Shown here one piece after another: positions 16,923 through 34,001 of a DNA stretch of 64,000 nt. Location: assembly GCF_009914755.1 (NCBI RefSeq), contig NC_060934.1; one strand, 5' to 3'. Below the pieces are notes generated by a model, which saw nothing but the letters and a program-made list of their open reading frames with translations, had not been told where the DNA came from and searched no databases. This stretch comes from the human T2T-CHM13v2.0 reference genome, Homo sapiens. Position 1 is the stretch's first letter. Each line of letters begins with the position of its first letter. Made by a program: the position numbers and the translations under genes.

Positions 16923-17849
16923 AAAACTTCCCATTTTGATCCCTTTTAGATGAGAGTAGAAGATATATATTATCTTTGGAAGTGGATCCCAGGATGTTAC
17001 CTATACCTTTTAACTTCTGTTACCCTGCACCCATTCTACTCCTTCAGCACTTTTCCCCACTTTCAGCAGCTGTTACGGGAAGAGAAAGAGGACACTTGTT
17101 TCCAGTGCCTCTTTGGTTCCTTTCGGGCCTGAGTCTTATGAAATACGTTTTCCCATAGAAACAACTTTATAATAATAATTAGATACTCTGAGTAGCATAT
17201 TAAACTTATAATGTGGCTGTAATGTTATACATTTGTAACAGTAATGCTTTTGCTTCTTGTAAAACTGAATCTTGACTCCAGCAGAACATTTGAAAGTTGC
17301 TATGGATAAGAATGAAACATCAAACAGATTGCACTTGGACTTAAAGACAACTGAGTGGTATTTTCCTAAGACCTAGTATTTTACTAAATAAGAATGAAAG
17401 GCTGACTAGAGGTCATACCTACAGAGGGAGTTAGCTAATGTGAGGGTGTAAGTAGTTACCAGGATAGTAAAGTTAAGCAAAGTCAGGAGAAAGCAAGTAG
17501 ATAGGGATTGAGAATGCAGATTCTGAGCAGTGCTGAGTCAATTGGCAACACTTGCCTAAATAGTTTGGCTACCAGAAGCTGGCATTTAACAGCAAACACC
17601 CAGTGACTGCTTTCCGTGACCAGGGCATTTGCTAGCCATGGAAGGCACTAAGACACGATCCCTGGACAAAGCATTCAAATAATGAAGGTCTGGCTCTAAC
17701 AGGCACAAGAATAACAGGGAATTCTCTTAACATTCTTCCTCATAATCTCTGAATACTAGGAAGCAAGTAGACAGATCTGGCTAGAATGGAGGGAAAAATT
17801 ATGTCAGATAGATTCATAATTAATTGAACCACTGTGCAGAGTGTTGACT

Positions 17850-19010
<1,161 letters not shown>

Positions 19011-19039
19011 TTAAACTAGTTTGACTTCAGTGGTCCATA

Positions 19040-20030
19040 CTTAGCCAACTCCAGTACTTGGAAATGGCTAAAATTAAAAAGCCTAACAATACAAAGTGTT
19101 AGCAAGGATATGTAGCAACTGGAACTCAAACGTTGCCACGTAGCAGTGGAACTCAAATGTTGCTGGTGGCTGGCTGCATAAAGTGCGATAGCCACATTAG
19201 AAGACTCTTTGACATTTTCTAATAAAGTTAAACATATATCTACCATGACAGCATATGTGCATAAAGAAATGTTTATGATAGCTGATTTGTAACACAGGTT
19301 GAGTATCCATTATCTGAAATGCTTGGGACCAGAAGTGTTTTAGATTTCAGATATTTTTTGGATTTGAGAATATTTGCATATATACTACATAATGAGAAAT
19401 CTTGAGGATGGAACCCAAGTCTGCACATGAAATTCACTTACGTTTCATATACACCTTATACACATAGCCTGAAGATAATTTTATATAACATTTTTAATAA
19501 TTTTGTGCACGAATTAAGTTTGTGTGCATAAGGGTAGGTGTGGAATTTTCCACTTGTGTCGTCATGTCGGTATTCAAAAGTTTTGGATTTTGGAGTATTT
19601 TGCATTTCAGGTTTTCAGATGAGAGATACTCAACCAGCCAACTAGAAACAGTCCAAATCTGCATTAACAGGATGATAAATAAGCAAATTATGATATATGT
19701 ATACTGTGAAATACTCCTCAACAATGAAAATGAACTACTTGTGCAACAACATGAATGAATCTCAGCAACATTATATGTATGAAAGAATCTAGACGAAGTA
19801 CATACGTTAGAAATTTATATTCTTCTATTTTTATGAAATTGAAGAACAGATATATCTAATATGTGGCCAGAATCGGGGCAGGAATTGTCTATAAAAGGAG
19901 CATGAGGAAACATTCTGGGGTAATGAAAGTGTCTTGTATCTTGATTTGGGTGATGGTATCACAGATATATACATTTGTCAGAATTCATCAAAGTTGTATG
20001 TTTCACTGTATGTCAGCTATACCGCAAGAG
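19040..20030 (+). mobile_element. Old L1M 3' fragments
   Basis: L1M-like motifs (aacatgaatgaatctc, cttgtatcttgatttgggtgatgg). Confidence 0.55.
19295..19637. mobile_element. Tigger4-type (MER46) element nested in L1
   Basis: TIRs caggttgagtatcc...gatactcaacc. Confidence 0.75.
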
Positions 20031-20310
20031 GAGCATTCATTCTTGGAAGAGATGCAGGTTAAATCTAAAGCTTCGTTCTTAACTGTTCTTAAAAGTAGAA
20101 AAGTTAAGTAGACCCTTGTTGGTAGGGCTAGCAATCAGCTACTGTTTTTTCCATTGGGAAAAATGTATACTCATTCTGAAATAATTGGCTCAAAAAGTGA
20201 ACTTTGGGAACATAACCTGTTTTAGCCTGTATGATGTTAAATTACACAGTACGAATAATTCTGAATTCTTTTAAAAATTGAACATTAAATATATGCTTTT
20301 TGCTCTCCAG

Positions 20311-20497
20311 CATGGTGCCTGTGTAAATGCAATGGACTTGTGGCAATTCACTCCTCTTCATGAGGCAGCTTCTAAGAACAGGGTTGAAGTATGTTCTCTT
20401 CTCTTAAGTTATGGTGCAGACCCAACACTGCTCAATTGTCACAATAAAAGTGCTATAGACTTGGCTCCCACACCACAGTTAAAAGAAAGATTAGCAT
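20311..20497 (+). CDS. TNKS2: TNKS2 exon 8 (187 nt)
   Basis: tccag|CATGG...TAGCAT|gtgag; [22 protein letters not shown]...LKERLA. Confidence 0.97.
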
Positions 20498-21578
20498 GTG
20501 AGTATAAAATTATGAATGTTCAGGTAGGATATTATATCAATAAACTGAACATTTTTTCTTTCCTGTTTGTTTTTAGAAATGTTTAAATAATAGAATATTT
20601 TTCTTAGCCATGGGCATCCACTGTTGTTTAGCATATTTAATAATTTGGAAGTTTCTACTTAAGATGCTATGAAAAGAAAATATGTTTGTATTAATTTTTT
20701 CAAGTCAAGTTATATGCTTTTTATATGTGCTGTATTAGACTTATTAGATGGTATGCCTTTGAAATGAAAGCATTTGTTTTGCTTTCATCTTTGATATGAT
20801 TTTTCTGTTTAATCTATGAAGCTTATGAATTTGTGAAGTTAAAGCTTCATAAGATTGCCATCTTGTAAACAGTCTCCAGATCTTAACATCTGATATTGTT
20901 GGCACCTGGGCCAAGTTCGGTTTTCTGTCTATAGCTGAAGTAGATGTAGTGAGAAATAACCACCTAGTTTGGATATGGTATTAGTGCATACAAGTAAGCA
21001 ACTTATATTGGATTTATATTATCCTGGAATAATAAAGAATGATTGGTAGTTCCACAAGTCTGATGAGTAAAAGAGAATCTTAAGGAAAACCTCTTTTATT
21101 TTTTCATCATCATAGGTGGCTTTTGCAAATATCCAACTTGTCTAGTTCCCAGTTCCCTGATGGTTTGAGCAAAGCTGTCTGCTATAGCCATGATGTCAGT
21201 GTAGAGATCACTATTTCTTTACAGAGAAAAATTTTTGTGCTTGAAATATTCTAAAACCTCTCCAGTCTGGGAAGATATTGTAGTACTCCAGATATCCCAA
21301 AATGAATTACGAATTAAAACAGACCATGAATCTGCCGTGGGCTAAACCTGTGTATACTCTTGAGGCCATATGTCTATACAGTTGCACCGTAACTTAGGGG
21401 AACTGGAGTACCACTGTCTGTTTTCAGGGGTTAAATTTGGAGAATATCTTTAGAGCCTCAATCTGGCTATTTTGGAAGATTATTTTGAAAATAATTTCAA
21501 GGAAAATACTAGATGTCTTTTAGATAAGGCTTTTCAATTTGAACTCGTTATACATGTAAATGCTTTTTCTTCATCTAG

Positions 21579-21700
21579 ATGAATTTAAAGGCCACTCGTT
21601 GCTGCAAGCTGCACGAGAAGCTGATGTTACTCGAATCAAAAAACATCTCTCTCTGGAAATGGTGAATTTCAAGCATCCTCAAACACATGAAACAGCATTG
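21579..21700 (+). CDS. TNKS2: TNKS2 exon 9 (122 nt)
   Basis: tctag|ATGAA...GCATTG|gtaat; [16 protein letters not shown]...HETAL. Confidence 0.96.
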
Positions 21701-23390
21701 GTAATGTTTCAGATTTAAGTTTTTAAAATACAATAACCAAGAACATGCTAAACTAATCATAATATCCTACTTTTAGAACTAGCATTTTTTGAGTCTATAG
21801 TTTTAAAAAATTACTGCCTATGCAAATATTTTTTAAAAATTTAAACAGTACCAAAAAATAGACAACCTCACCCTGCAGAAGCCAATGCTATTATCAGTTC
21901 GAGAATCCTCAGAAAAAAAAAATTATTCATATTCTGACATGTATTATATGTAATGCTTTTATTATCATAAGTGATACATATAGTTTGCCTTTTTAGGGGT
22001 TATAAAAATGAATGCTTAGGTTAGAAAATTTGGAACCCAATGAAAATAATGAAAAATAAAATAAATACCACCATCCAGATGAAAACACTTGGTGTAGTCC
22101 CTTCCTTCTTCAAAATTAGATCTAGAATGTGAATAAAGTATTTTAGAGGTTACTTCCCTGATAGGGGTAATAATAACTGTGGAACTATGACAAAGTAGAT
22201 GTGAGTAGAGAAGTCTAAGGAAAAACAGAAAAGAATGGAAGCTAATAGGGATACATGATAAAAGATAAGAGAGGGAATGGTAAAATCAGGGGCTACCTTA
22301 AAATTGAAAGGTAGAAAAAAAGAAACTTAAAGGTAGAAATTTAAAAGGAAGAAAGTAAATCCTGTTGCGTGAGTTGCAGAATGTGCTTCAGGTGAGAGAA
22401 GATAAGTAAGTTAATGTGTGTAGAAGCAGATTTAACTGATGGTAGCCTTACTTACCTAATATCTTTTATGAGAAGTTTTTTGCCTTATGCCATAATGTAA
22501 ACTATGAAATTTATGTAGAAACCTACCTATAAAGCATTTTGGACCTTTTTACTGCTTGTAAGAAACTTCTAAATTTAAAAAAAAAAATAGCAAAGCTGTA
22601 GACTAATAAGAAATGCTAGTACAAAATTAAAACCACAACAGCATTAAAACTGTACAAAGAAACATGGAAAGACTGACATGGAAAATTCTGGTCATAACTA
22701 CTGTGAAGCAACTCGTTTTTGTAATTAACCTTAAAACACACTAGGAGTTGTGTTGGTGAGTAGTTATGGTGCAGTAGCAGTTTCTTACAGGTTCCCAGAG
22801 ATTTACAGGCCCTGCTCCAAGATGGTGCAGAGGAGTAGGGTGTAATTTGAGGTGGATGTGATTTTAAAAAAAAGTCTTTAAAAAACCATGTCTGGTCTCT
22901 GCGCTCTCATGATAGGTGTCCTGGGATGATTACCCTTAACCTACCAAAGGAACTATGTTCTCCAATTAGAATTGGTTTTATTTAGAGTAAAGGAATGATT
23001 TTGGTGACAGCAACATCAAAGAATGGATCTGCAGCAAAGTCATGAGGATCTGATAAGCTTTATGATTGATTAACAACAGGTTAAAATCAAAGAACAGATT
23101 TCATGTGTACTGTGTTTTTAGATGTATAGAGCAACTTAGCTGAAAAATTACCCAGAACTTTTATTCTATAGGTTTTCAGGTTTCAGTTTTAATTTAACAT
23201 ATATACATTGATTTAGTCATGTATCATTCAGACATTATTGAACACCTATTGTGCAGATATTAGGCTTAGGCTTATAACTGGCAAATCTCTACTTCCTGTC
23301 TCCTTTCCTCCTGGATACATCATAGATAGAGATGCTGCAGCCTGAAACTCCAGATTATATCATTTTCCACCACTGATTTTGCAGAGGTAA

Positions 23391-23864
<474 letters not shown>

Positions 23865-24214
23865 TAACCTTTAAAATATTGCATGAACACAATGCTACTT
23901 GGAAACAGTTTTGAAAAGGATATTGGTCACATTAAGGTTTTCATCACACCAGTGCTAGCTTTTTCAAAGATACAGGACAACTGTAAAGTTTGATTGGAAT
24001 ATGTAATAATAGATATTATCTGATAGGTAGGATTTTCAGGTTCTGTCAGAATTTGGTAATTGTTGTAATTCAATCAAAAGTCAAGAGCAAAGTTGCGTCA
24101 AAAGTAAAACAAAAAGATTAAATAACTACTTGATTGTTCTTGATTGGAAACACGAATGTTCTTAAAATCAGTTATGTATAGTCCTTGATTAATGCTGCAA
24201 TTTAAATTATTTAG

Positions 24215-24306
24215 CATTGTGCTGCTGCATCTCCATATCCCAAAAGAAAGCAAATATGTGAACTGTTGCTAAGAAAAGGAGCAAACATCAATGAAAAGAC
24301 TAAAGA
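24215..24306 (+). CDS. TNKS2: TNKS2 exon 10 (92 nt)
   Basis: tttag|CATTG...AAAGA|gtaag; [30 protein letters not shown]. Confidence 0.96.
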
Positions 24307-24394
24307 GTAAGTATACATTTAATGATTAAATATCATTGAGATTTTACTCTTTTGGAAAATATATTCACTGTCTGGCTGATTTTTTCTCTCTAAG

Positions 24395-24473
24395 ATTCTT
24401 GACTCCTCTGCACGTGGCATCTGAGAAAGCTCATAATGATGTTGTTGAAGTAGTGGTGAAACATGAAGCAAAG
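24395..24473 (+). CDS. TNKS2: TNKS2 exon 11 (79 nt; preceded by an 88-nt intron)
   Basis: ctaag|ATTCT...CAAAG|gtata; EFLTPLHVASEKAHNDVVEVVVKHEAK. Confidence 0.96.
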
Positions 24474-25622
24474 GTATACTTCCTTTTTGGTAATCTTTGG
24501 TAATCCAATGAGTTATTTTTTATTTAGCAGGTGAAATGCCTGACTTCCTAAACTATTTACTTTCTCATAAGTATTATTTTTTTTCCTTATAATCTATGCT
24601 TAAGAATTGTCCTGCAGGTAACCTTTTCTATATCTAATTTTTGCTAGAACATCTATGGGTTTATTCAGATACACATTCCTGTATGTCCTCCCTCCTCCAT
24701 TCCTTTTAACCACAGCCCACAGGTTAAAGTTATTCTTAAGGACTTTTCTGACCTATCATCTTTTCTAATCGTCTTTTCTCACCCATATCTTCTAATTCTT
24801 GGTTGTCATGATAACTTCTGTTATTTACCCCAACCACCGTTTTTGTTTCTGTTTTACCCTCTTATTTCTGTAACTAAGCCAAAGGACTTGAACGGAAGGA
24901 AATATATTATTTAAATAATTTGACTAAAAACATAATAGCTCCCCATGTTGGTAAGTTACTGTTCTTTAGTTGGCATTTGTGCACAAAGCATTTTATTCAC
25001 CAAATATGCTTTCATCAAGGCTAGAAATCATCTCTTACCCAGAAACTTTTAAAAGTACTACTCAGTAAAAGATATACATAGCATCTCAGATTGGAAGAGA
25101 TGACAGTAGTCACCTAATTCAGCAGTTTTTACAGTTTTTAGCCACAGATCCTTGCCTCCTTCAAACAAAATCTTTAGTTGAAATTCAGTATACTCTATAA
25201 CAGAGAAAGAATAGATGTGCTGTAGATGAAGGGAGAGGAATAGACGCTCTTCTCCTTGGATGGCCCCTGAAACGCTTCCATAAATGAAATTTGCAGAATA
25301 GTTTATTCTTACCTGTCCTTTCTTGAGTTTCCATTCATTCAAGGAACGATTTAGAGTTCTCCAATTTCTTTTTGTGTTGCCTCTCTGTGTCTTAATTTCT
25401 CTTTGATTTGGGGGAATTCTTGATAATGTATAATCTTGATCTTTCCTATTGTAAATTATTGAATAAAATAAAGTTTATTTCTGCTTGACTGCTTGGCATA
25501 TCTTGTCTCTCTGTTCTATATCTGTTTGTTGATTGCTGTTTTCATACTTGTGGTACATTACTTGAAGAATATCTGGATACATATTGAATTAGAGTTGTGA
25601 CACTCAATGAAACAATCTTGAC

Positions 25623-25736
25623 TAGGGTGACCAACCATTCAGTTTTGTCCAGGACTTCACGTTTTTTGGGAACACAGGACTTTCAGTGCTAAAACCAGGA
25701 AAGTCCTAGGCAAACCAGAACAAGTGGTCACCCTAA
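25623..25736. mobile_element. MER96/MER91-like hAT-Tip100 MITE
   Basis: TIRs tagggtgacca...tggtcacccta. Confidence 0.7.
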
Positions 25737-26094
25737 TCCTAACACAAAGTGGTACCCAAATAGTTTTTTTTTTTTTTAAGTGGGTATTTTTCACATTTCA
25801 GCGAGTTAGGGTATGTGAATAAATAGTTTGATTGTCCTAAGCATTTTAAATCCATTTTTCAGGCCCTGTAAGCATGGAGACTAGCTATTCATACTCTAGT
25901 TTTAGGTTCATTGAGGTCTTGATTATATTCACATTCACATATTATCCGATTCCATGAATATGAATTGGTCAGTGTCTCAAAACACACTAGTGTCCGCAGG
26001 ATTGATTACTGAGGAACTTAATTTCTTAGCTATGTTGAATAATTATTTCCATAGCAGGGAGGTAGGGATAACGTTGGTGGAGTCTTACAGGTGA

Positions 26095-26700
26095 TTTTTT
26101 TTTTATTGTGAAAAATTTCAAAGATATAACCAAGTAGAAAGAATTTTGCAGAAAATACCTGCCTACCACTTAGATACTATTACTAACATTTTACTCTAGT
26201 GTTTTATTACATATCTTTCCATTTTTTCCTCCATCCACCAATATATCTTATTTTTTCACACATTTCAAAGTAATCTGCAGACTATTCCTCCTAAATACTT
26301 CCACATGCACATCAACTAGAGTTTAATCTTTGTTTACAGTTTTTCTTTAGATGTAAAATGTGCAGTGAAATGCAGAGATCTTAAATGGATATTTGCTGAA
26401 TTTTGACTAGTATATACACCTATGTAACCAAAACTCCTGTAGAGATATAGAACATTATCTCATGGCAGAAGTAGTGCACAGTCCCAGGCCGTCTCCACTT
26501 TGACAGATAACCATTTTATTTTTTCTGACATAAAAGTGCGTTCTAGGCCTTGACATACATGGAATCATACAAAATGTACGCTTTTGTGTAAGGCTTTTCC
26601 CACATTGTATAATGTTTTAGAGATTCATCCATGTATCAGTAGTTTGTTCCTTTTTATTGCTGAGTATTCCACTATGTGACTATTCCATAGTATGTGTATC
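26095..26700 (-). mobile_element. Old L1M fragments
   Basis: Antisense L1 3' motifs (atggaatcatac, agattcatccatg, ttttattgctgagta). Confidence 0.6.
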
Positions 26701-27144
26701 TATATATTTTAGGTAATAAATAAGGGAGAAGATTAAGCCTATAGAAATAAGCATTTTAATGCTAATTTATCTCTGGCTTTGTTACTATTGTCTATCTCGG
26801 GGTTAAGCTTTACATTTCTACACTTTAGAGATCCATAAAAATAGATGAGTTCAACTTTCTTAGGCAGTGTCTAGCTCTAAATATCTGTGAATGCTTTAAT
26901 GATAAACACAATTACTATTCAGCATCTCGCATTTAACCCAAAATTGAGTCTTCCTTCTGATGGTAGCCTTCATGACTTGGTAAATTTATTCTCTAGATTT
27001 GAGCAAAAATACTTGCTTTGGCATTGGATAATAGGCCTCATAAAAGAATTGAGACTTAAAATTAGTAAAAAGTGTTAAATACATGATTGTATGGTTTTAA
27101 ATTTTGCATTGCGGGCTAATTTCAATTTTTTCTGCTTTGTTAAG

Positions 27145-27316
27145 GTTAATGCTCTGGATAATCTTGGTCAGACTTCTCTACACAGAGCTGCATATTGTGG
27201 TCATCTACAAACCTGCCGCCTACTCCTGAGCTATGGGTGTGATCCTAACATTATATCCCTTCAGGGCTTTACTGCTTTACAGATGGGAAATGAAAATGTA
27301 CAGCAACTCCTCCAAG
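27145..27316 (+). CDS. TNKS2: TNKS2 exon 12 (172 nt)
   Basis: ttaag|GTTAAT...CCAAG|gtatt; [20 protein letters not shown]...VQQLLQ. Confidence 0.96.
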
Positions 27317-28506
27317 GTATTACATGCTTCAATGAAATTGATTTTTTTAAATTAACCTTTAAAAATTTTTCACATATCAGGTATTATAGGTAGGAGTTGG
27401 TAATAAGAAAAATTGAGAATTTTTGTTTATTTCTTCTTAGGTTATTATACTTTTAATCAGCTGAATATCCTCAGTTCCCAAATGTCATTAAGTGATAATT
27501 ATGATTTTTGTTCCAGTAGCATTTTCTGCCCAGTTTCTTAAGTTAAATAGATGGCTTTCAAGTTTTTATCGAGAAAGTTTTGAGAGTAAGATAAAATGGT
27601 TGCTATTTATTTTTAAAGAAAGGAATTTTTAGATCCTACATATTCAAGGCAGGTAGAATTTGTATAAGGTAGCCAACTATTTGGCTTATTGAAACATTTA
27701 GCAACTGAATACACTCATATTCATTACGTCTTAAAAGATTTAGATCAAATATCTACACACTTGGCATAGATGAAACATCTCAGCCCAGATATCTGGTCCC
27801 ATAAATTTTAAAGTATTTTTGTCTACATCTCTACTTTTATTAGAATTTGATGCAGTAGCTTTGACATCTGAAAGCTCAGATGAGAAAAATGTAATAGATT
27901 AAGCTTTTCTGTCTTTAACAGTAAATCCTTGATGATCTTTATGCCTTTGTTCTGGGAACCACGTTTTGAGAAACACTGCTTGAACAGATGAAAGCAGATT
28001 GATACAACCTCCTGGAATCTACCAAAACTGTGAACTTACAAGACTGTTTTGAAGATCCCCATTACTTCCCCCATACATCACACATTCATTTCATTGTCAG
28101 TTTTTGGGATAATAACACTGGTCCTATTCAGTTGGCTAGTGATAGAATGTAAAGTCTTGTCAGTTTTATGCTAAGTACCATTACATATAGCTTTTTACTT
28201 GCCTTTCCAACTAGTTTCTTACAATAAATTATTGAAGTGGAATTTCCAGGTCAAAGGGTAGCATATAATTGTCAAATTATCTTCTGTTAATAGAAAGCTG
28301 GTATTTAGCATTTTACAGTCAGAATATATGAAAGCACCTGTTTTCTGTCAGCACTAGATGTTACAATTCTTAATAATTTCCTTGAGTGAATATGCGTGTG
28401 TGAATTACAGAAGTAATAGATTTTAATGCTAACTATAAAAGTCTCATCAGTGTAGCTCTCCATTTCCTCTCTGCCTACTAGCAGATGGAAAAAAAATGAT
28501 ATTTAA

Positions 28507-29209
<703 letters not shown>

Positions 29210-29302
29210 AACCATGTCTCTTTTTTGTATGTGTGAATTTCTTGTTCATGTCTTTAGCTCATTTGTTGAAGTGTTTCAAAGTACTCCTTTCATAAGAATA
29301 CC

Positions 29303-29328
29303 GTGTGTGTGTGTGTGTGTGTGTGTGT
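29303..29328. repeat. (GT)13 microsatellite
   Basis: Direct. Confidence 0.95.
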
Positions 29329-29330
29329 AA

Positions 29331-29423
29331 TTTTTTTTTTTTTTTTTTTTTTTTTGAGACGAAGTTTCACTCTTGTTGCCCAGGCTAGGGTGCAATGGCG
29401 TTATCTTGGCTCACTGTAGCCTC
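29331..29423 (-). mobile_element. 5'-truncated Alu fragment
   Basis: T tail plus the end of the right arm. Confidence 0.85.
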
Positions 29424-30214
29424 AAATATATTCTCTTAAAAGATGCATGTTACAGTTTGGTTTTTTCCCATTTTGTTCTTGTTTAATGCTGTTATTACCT
29501 GACATATTTTTCCAAATGCCAATTTTCTTTTTTTGATGCTGCTTTTGATGTACTGTTCAAAGAAGCTTTTTTATTCCATGTTATGAAAATATTCCCCCGT
29601 TTTCTTCTAGTATTTTTAGGGTTTAATTTTTCATACTTACATCTTTAATCCATCTGGAGTTTACTTTGTTCTAAGGTGCAAGGTAGATGTTTTCCTTTTC
29701 TGACACTTTAAATGAGCTGTAAACTTAGAATTTCAGACCTGGAAATGATGTTACATTTCTACTAGTCTACCTTATGTCTTTAGAACTGAAAAAATCTGAG
29801 AACCAGGAAGTTCCAGTGACTTGTTCCAGTTCAGATAGCTAATTAATGACAGAACCACAGTTAGATTTCTGTTTGCTCTCTTAATTTAATACTTTTGCAC
29901 CATTCCAATGGCTTGCTTATAGAGCAGGCCATCTTTAGTCATCTCCTTTATGTTCCTTTATATTGCTTACATCACATTTTATAATCATTATACACATTTA
30001 CATATTTTGCTTATATGTGTTGTATTTCAAAGAGTTTTAAGAGAATCTTATTTTTCACTCCCCAACCCTCACCCCCCTTACTACCATGGAGATCTCGTAC
30101 ATAATCTACCAAATTGTAAAAGAACTTTGCTTTCTGATGAGATGCCTTCCATAAAGCTTGGTTCCATCTTCCAAATAGAGGTTAGTCACTCTTCTCTCTC
30201 TCTCTCTTTTTTAG

Positions 30215-30294
30215 AGGGTATCTCATTAGGTAATTCAGAGGCAGACAGACAATTGCTGGAAGCTGCAAAGGCTGGAGATGTCGAAACTGTAAAA
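30215..30294 (+). CDS. TNKS2: TNKS2 exon 13 (80 nt)
   Basis: (ct)n ttttttag|AGGGT...GTAAAA|gtaag; EGISLGNSEADRQLLEAAKAGDVETVK. Confidence 0.96.
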
Positions 30295-30873
30295 GTAAGA
30301 TACAGTGTTACGTTTCTGTTAACTTTGGGTTTTTATTTTGACATTGTTATTTAATCTGTACTGTTACAATGAAGAGCCTGGTTTATTTGTATGGGCCTTG
30401 CCTTAAAAGGTCAATAATACAATCTTAATTGTTCTCTACAAATGAGTAGCTTTAAGTAATGAAAGAGAAAGACTTCACTTTCACCTGCATCCCAGTGAAT
30501 ATTACATTCACAAATATAAATAAATTCGGGTAATACCAAATGGGTTTTGCTTGAAGAACCTATTCATTTGTCCCTTTAACAGAATAAAGTTTATCAAATT
30601 ATTTTATATTACTGTTTACGTATGACACATAAAACAAGAAAGGGGAAAAACAGTGTATCACTTCTGTCTATAGATTTCTTCTGATTTCTTCATTTCTTCG
30701 CCCCATCTACCTCTAGGGATCCAGGGCTTAGTATAATAATAAATACAATGTTGCCACTTCTCTTTCCCAGGGCTTGCAACTTCAGGTCTTACCTGTTTCT
30801 CCGACAAGAGTCTTCCCCAGAGTAACCCTTCTTACTGTTTTGACTCTTGCTGTAGAAATATGTACGTAAAACT

Positions 30874-31062
30874 GGGCCCAGTGGCTCACGCCTGTCGGTA
30901 ATCCCAGCACTTCGTGAGGCTGAGGCGGGTGGATCACCTGAGGTTAGGAGTTTCAGACCAGCCTGGCCAACATGGCGAAACCCCGTCTCTACTAAAGACA
31001 CAAAAATTAGCTGGGCGTAGTGGGATGCACCTGTAATCCCAGGTACTTGGGAGGCTGAGACA
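30874..31062 (+). mobile_element. 3'-truncated AluS
   Basis: Left arm and start of right arm, no A tail. Confidence 0.85.
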
Positions 31063-31330
31063 GTATAGACATCTCAGATAACTTCAGATTTGTTTTCTAA
31101 ATTCATTTCTCACAGAAAAATGCAACTATCATGCAGTTTTATTATTTGACATGTTTTTATTTTGATCCTCATTATTCTCATTCCCTTAAGTAGGAGGCTA
31201 ATAGGATATCGAAAGGAGGATTTTGTTTCTATTACTACTGACTTGTGGAAATACAAATTACTTCAGTTAAAAGGTTGTGAACTGATTTTTTTTTTCAGGA
31301 AACATGAAAATTGAGTTGAAAGCAATTAGC

Positions 31331-31333
<3 letters not shown>

Positions 31334-31362
<29 letters not shown>
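31334..31362. repeat. T29 homopolymer
   Basis: Direct; no adjoining Alu or L1 body. Confidence 0.95.
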
Positions 31363-31368
<6 letters not shown>

Positions 31369-31925
31369 TGTGGGAAGGGAGAGATACAGAATTGTAAATG
31401 CTCATTCTCTTACATATATTAAAGAACATAAAACTATATTTAGTAAACATGTTAAAGACTAAACTTTGTTTTTATAAAGATAGAGGGAGTCCAGAGGAGG
31501 GGATAGATAAAGAGGAGATGAAGTTGGGGGGCAGGAAATGGACTTAGGGAACACAGTAATGCCATTGGATTCAGGAAAACCTGTGCTAGGCATCAGGCTT
31601 TCTTCCCTCCCCTCTGCTTTTAAAATCACTTGATGGACATTTATCTCCATCAGCCATTCTTCTTATCTACCTCCAGACAGATGGCTCTGTACGAATCACT
31701 GGGACAAGAACATCTGCGTATTACCTAATGAACACTTAACTATTGTGCTCAGTTGTGTTTGTTCACTGATAATCCACCAGGCTGGATACTTTATTCGACA
31801 CATGCTATTAGAAAACCTATCTCAGAGTGGACAAAATTAAACTGACAGGTAAAGAGTAGAATGGCCTGTGATAACTACCAAACCAAGCAGCACCTGGTAC
31901 ACGTGTTAAAAATAGTCATTTCTAG

Positions 31926-32463
<538 letters not shown>

Positions 32464-32633
32464 TAAGATAGGTATATTCTTTTGACTCTTTAAGCACTCT
32501 GATTTATTATCTATGTTGCTTTTCTTCCCCAAACTTTCATACTTTTCATAACTACACTTCCTCCTCTGAACCAAAGAGCACAGAAAATTGACTGTTTTCT
32601 TAATTCTCCCCAGGACTGTATAAACCATCAGCA

Positions 32634-32890
32634 TTTTTTTTTTCCTTTTTTCTTTTTTGGAGATGGAGTCTGGGTTGGTCACCCACACTGGAGTGTGATG
32701 GCACGATCTCAACTCACTGCAACGTCTGCCTCCCAGGTTCAAGCGATTCTCCTGCTTGACCCTCCCAAGTAGTAGAGACAGGGTTTTGCCATGTTGGCCA
32801 GGATGGTCTCAAACTCCTGACCTCAAGTGATCTGCCCGCCTCAGCCTCCCAAAGTGCTGTGATTACAGGCATGAGCCACCACGTTCAGCC
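32634..32890 (-). mobile_element. AluS with central deletion
   Basis: TSD aaccatcagcatt; linker region missing. Confidence 0.87.
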
Positions 32891-32929
32891 TAACCATCAG
32901 CATTCTATTAGTTATTTCATTCCACATGG

Positions 32930-33200
32930 AGTGGTATGGTTACTGAACCACCAGCATCAGCATCACCCAAGAACTTGTTAGAAGTGGAGATTTTTAGGCT
33001 CCACACCAGTTACACTGAAAATTTGAGGGTTGGACCCAATGCACATTAAAGTTTGAGAACCACTGCTCTAAAGGAGTACTTTTCAAACTTTAATGTGTTT
33101 CCATATTACCTAGGGATCTTGTTAAAGGGCAAATTCTGACTCAGTAGATAGAGATCTGAGATTCTGAATTCTTAATAAGCTCCTTGGTAATGCTGGTACT
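32930..33200. mobile_element. MER5A/MER5B fragments
   Basis: cagcatcagcatcacc...aaagtttgagaaccactg motifs. Confidence 0.65.
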
Positions 33201-33356
33201 ACCGTAATCTCATGTACCTCTATGTATATTTGCCACAAAATGCAAGTTACACTTGCTGATGATTGGCACTTAGTTTACCTGTATATATATATAGTAGCGG
33301 TAATGATAAAATTTACCCTTGAGCGTTAGAAAAAGTAGAATATAAAGGCATACGTG

Positions 33357-33746
<390 letters not shown>

Positions 33747-33830
33747 TTAATGAGACAAGAAAATAAGTCAGACACTTTGAAAATTCCTACTAAATGACTT
33801 GAAACAAGAAATAACAATATGTAGATGTAG

Positions 33831-34001
<171 letters not shown>

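Noticed and set aside
23012-23021. TCF/LEF site AACATCAAAG suggesting Wnt feedback on TNKS2
   Set aside because: A single 9-10-mer is expected about once by chance in 64 kb
22920-23055. Possible C/D box snoRNA (atgatta ... ctga) in intron 9
   Set aside because: Degenerate C box, no terminal stem, no rRNA guide complementarity seen
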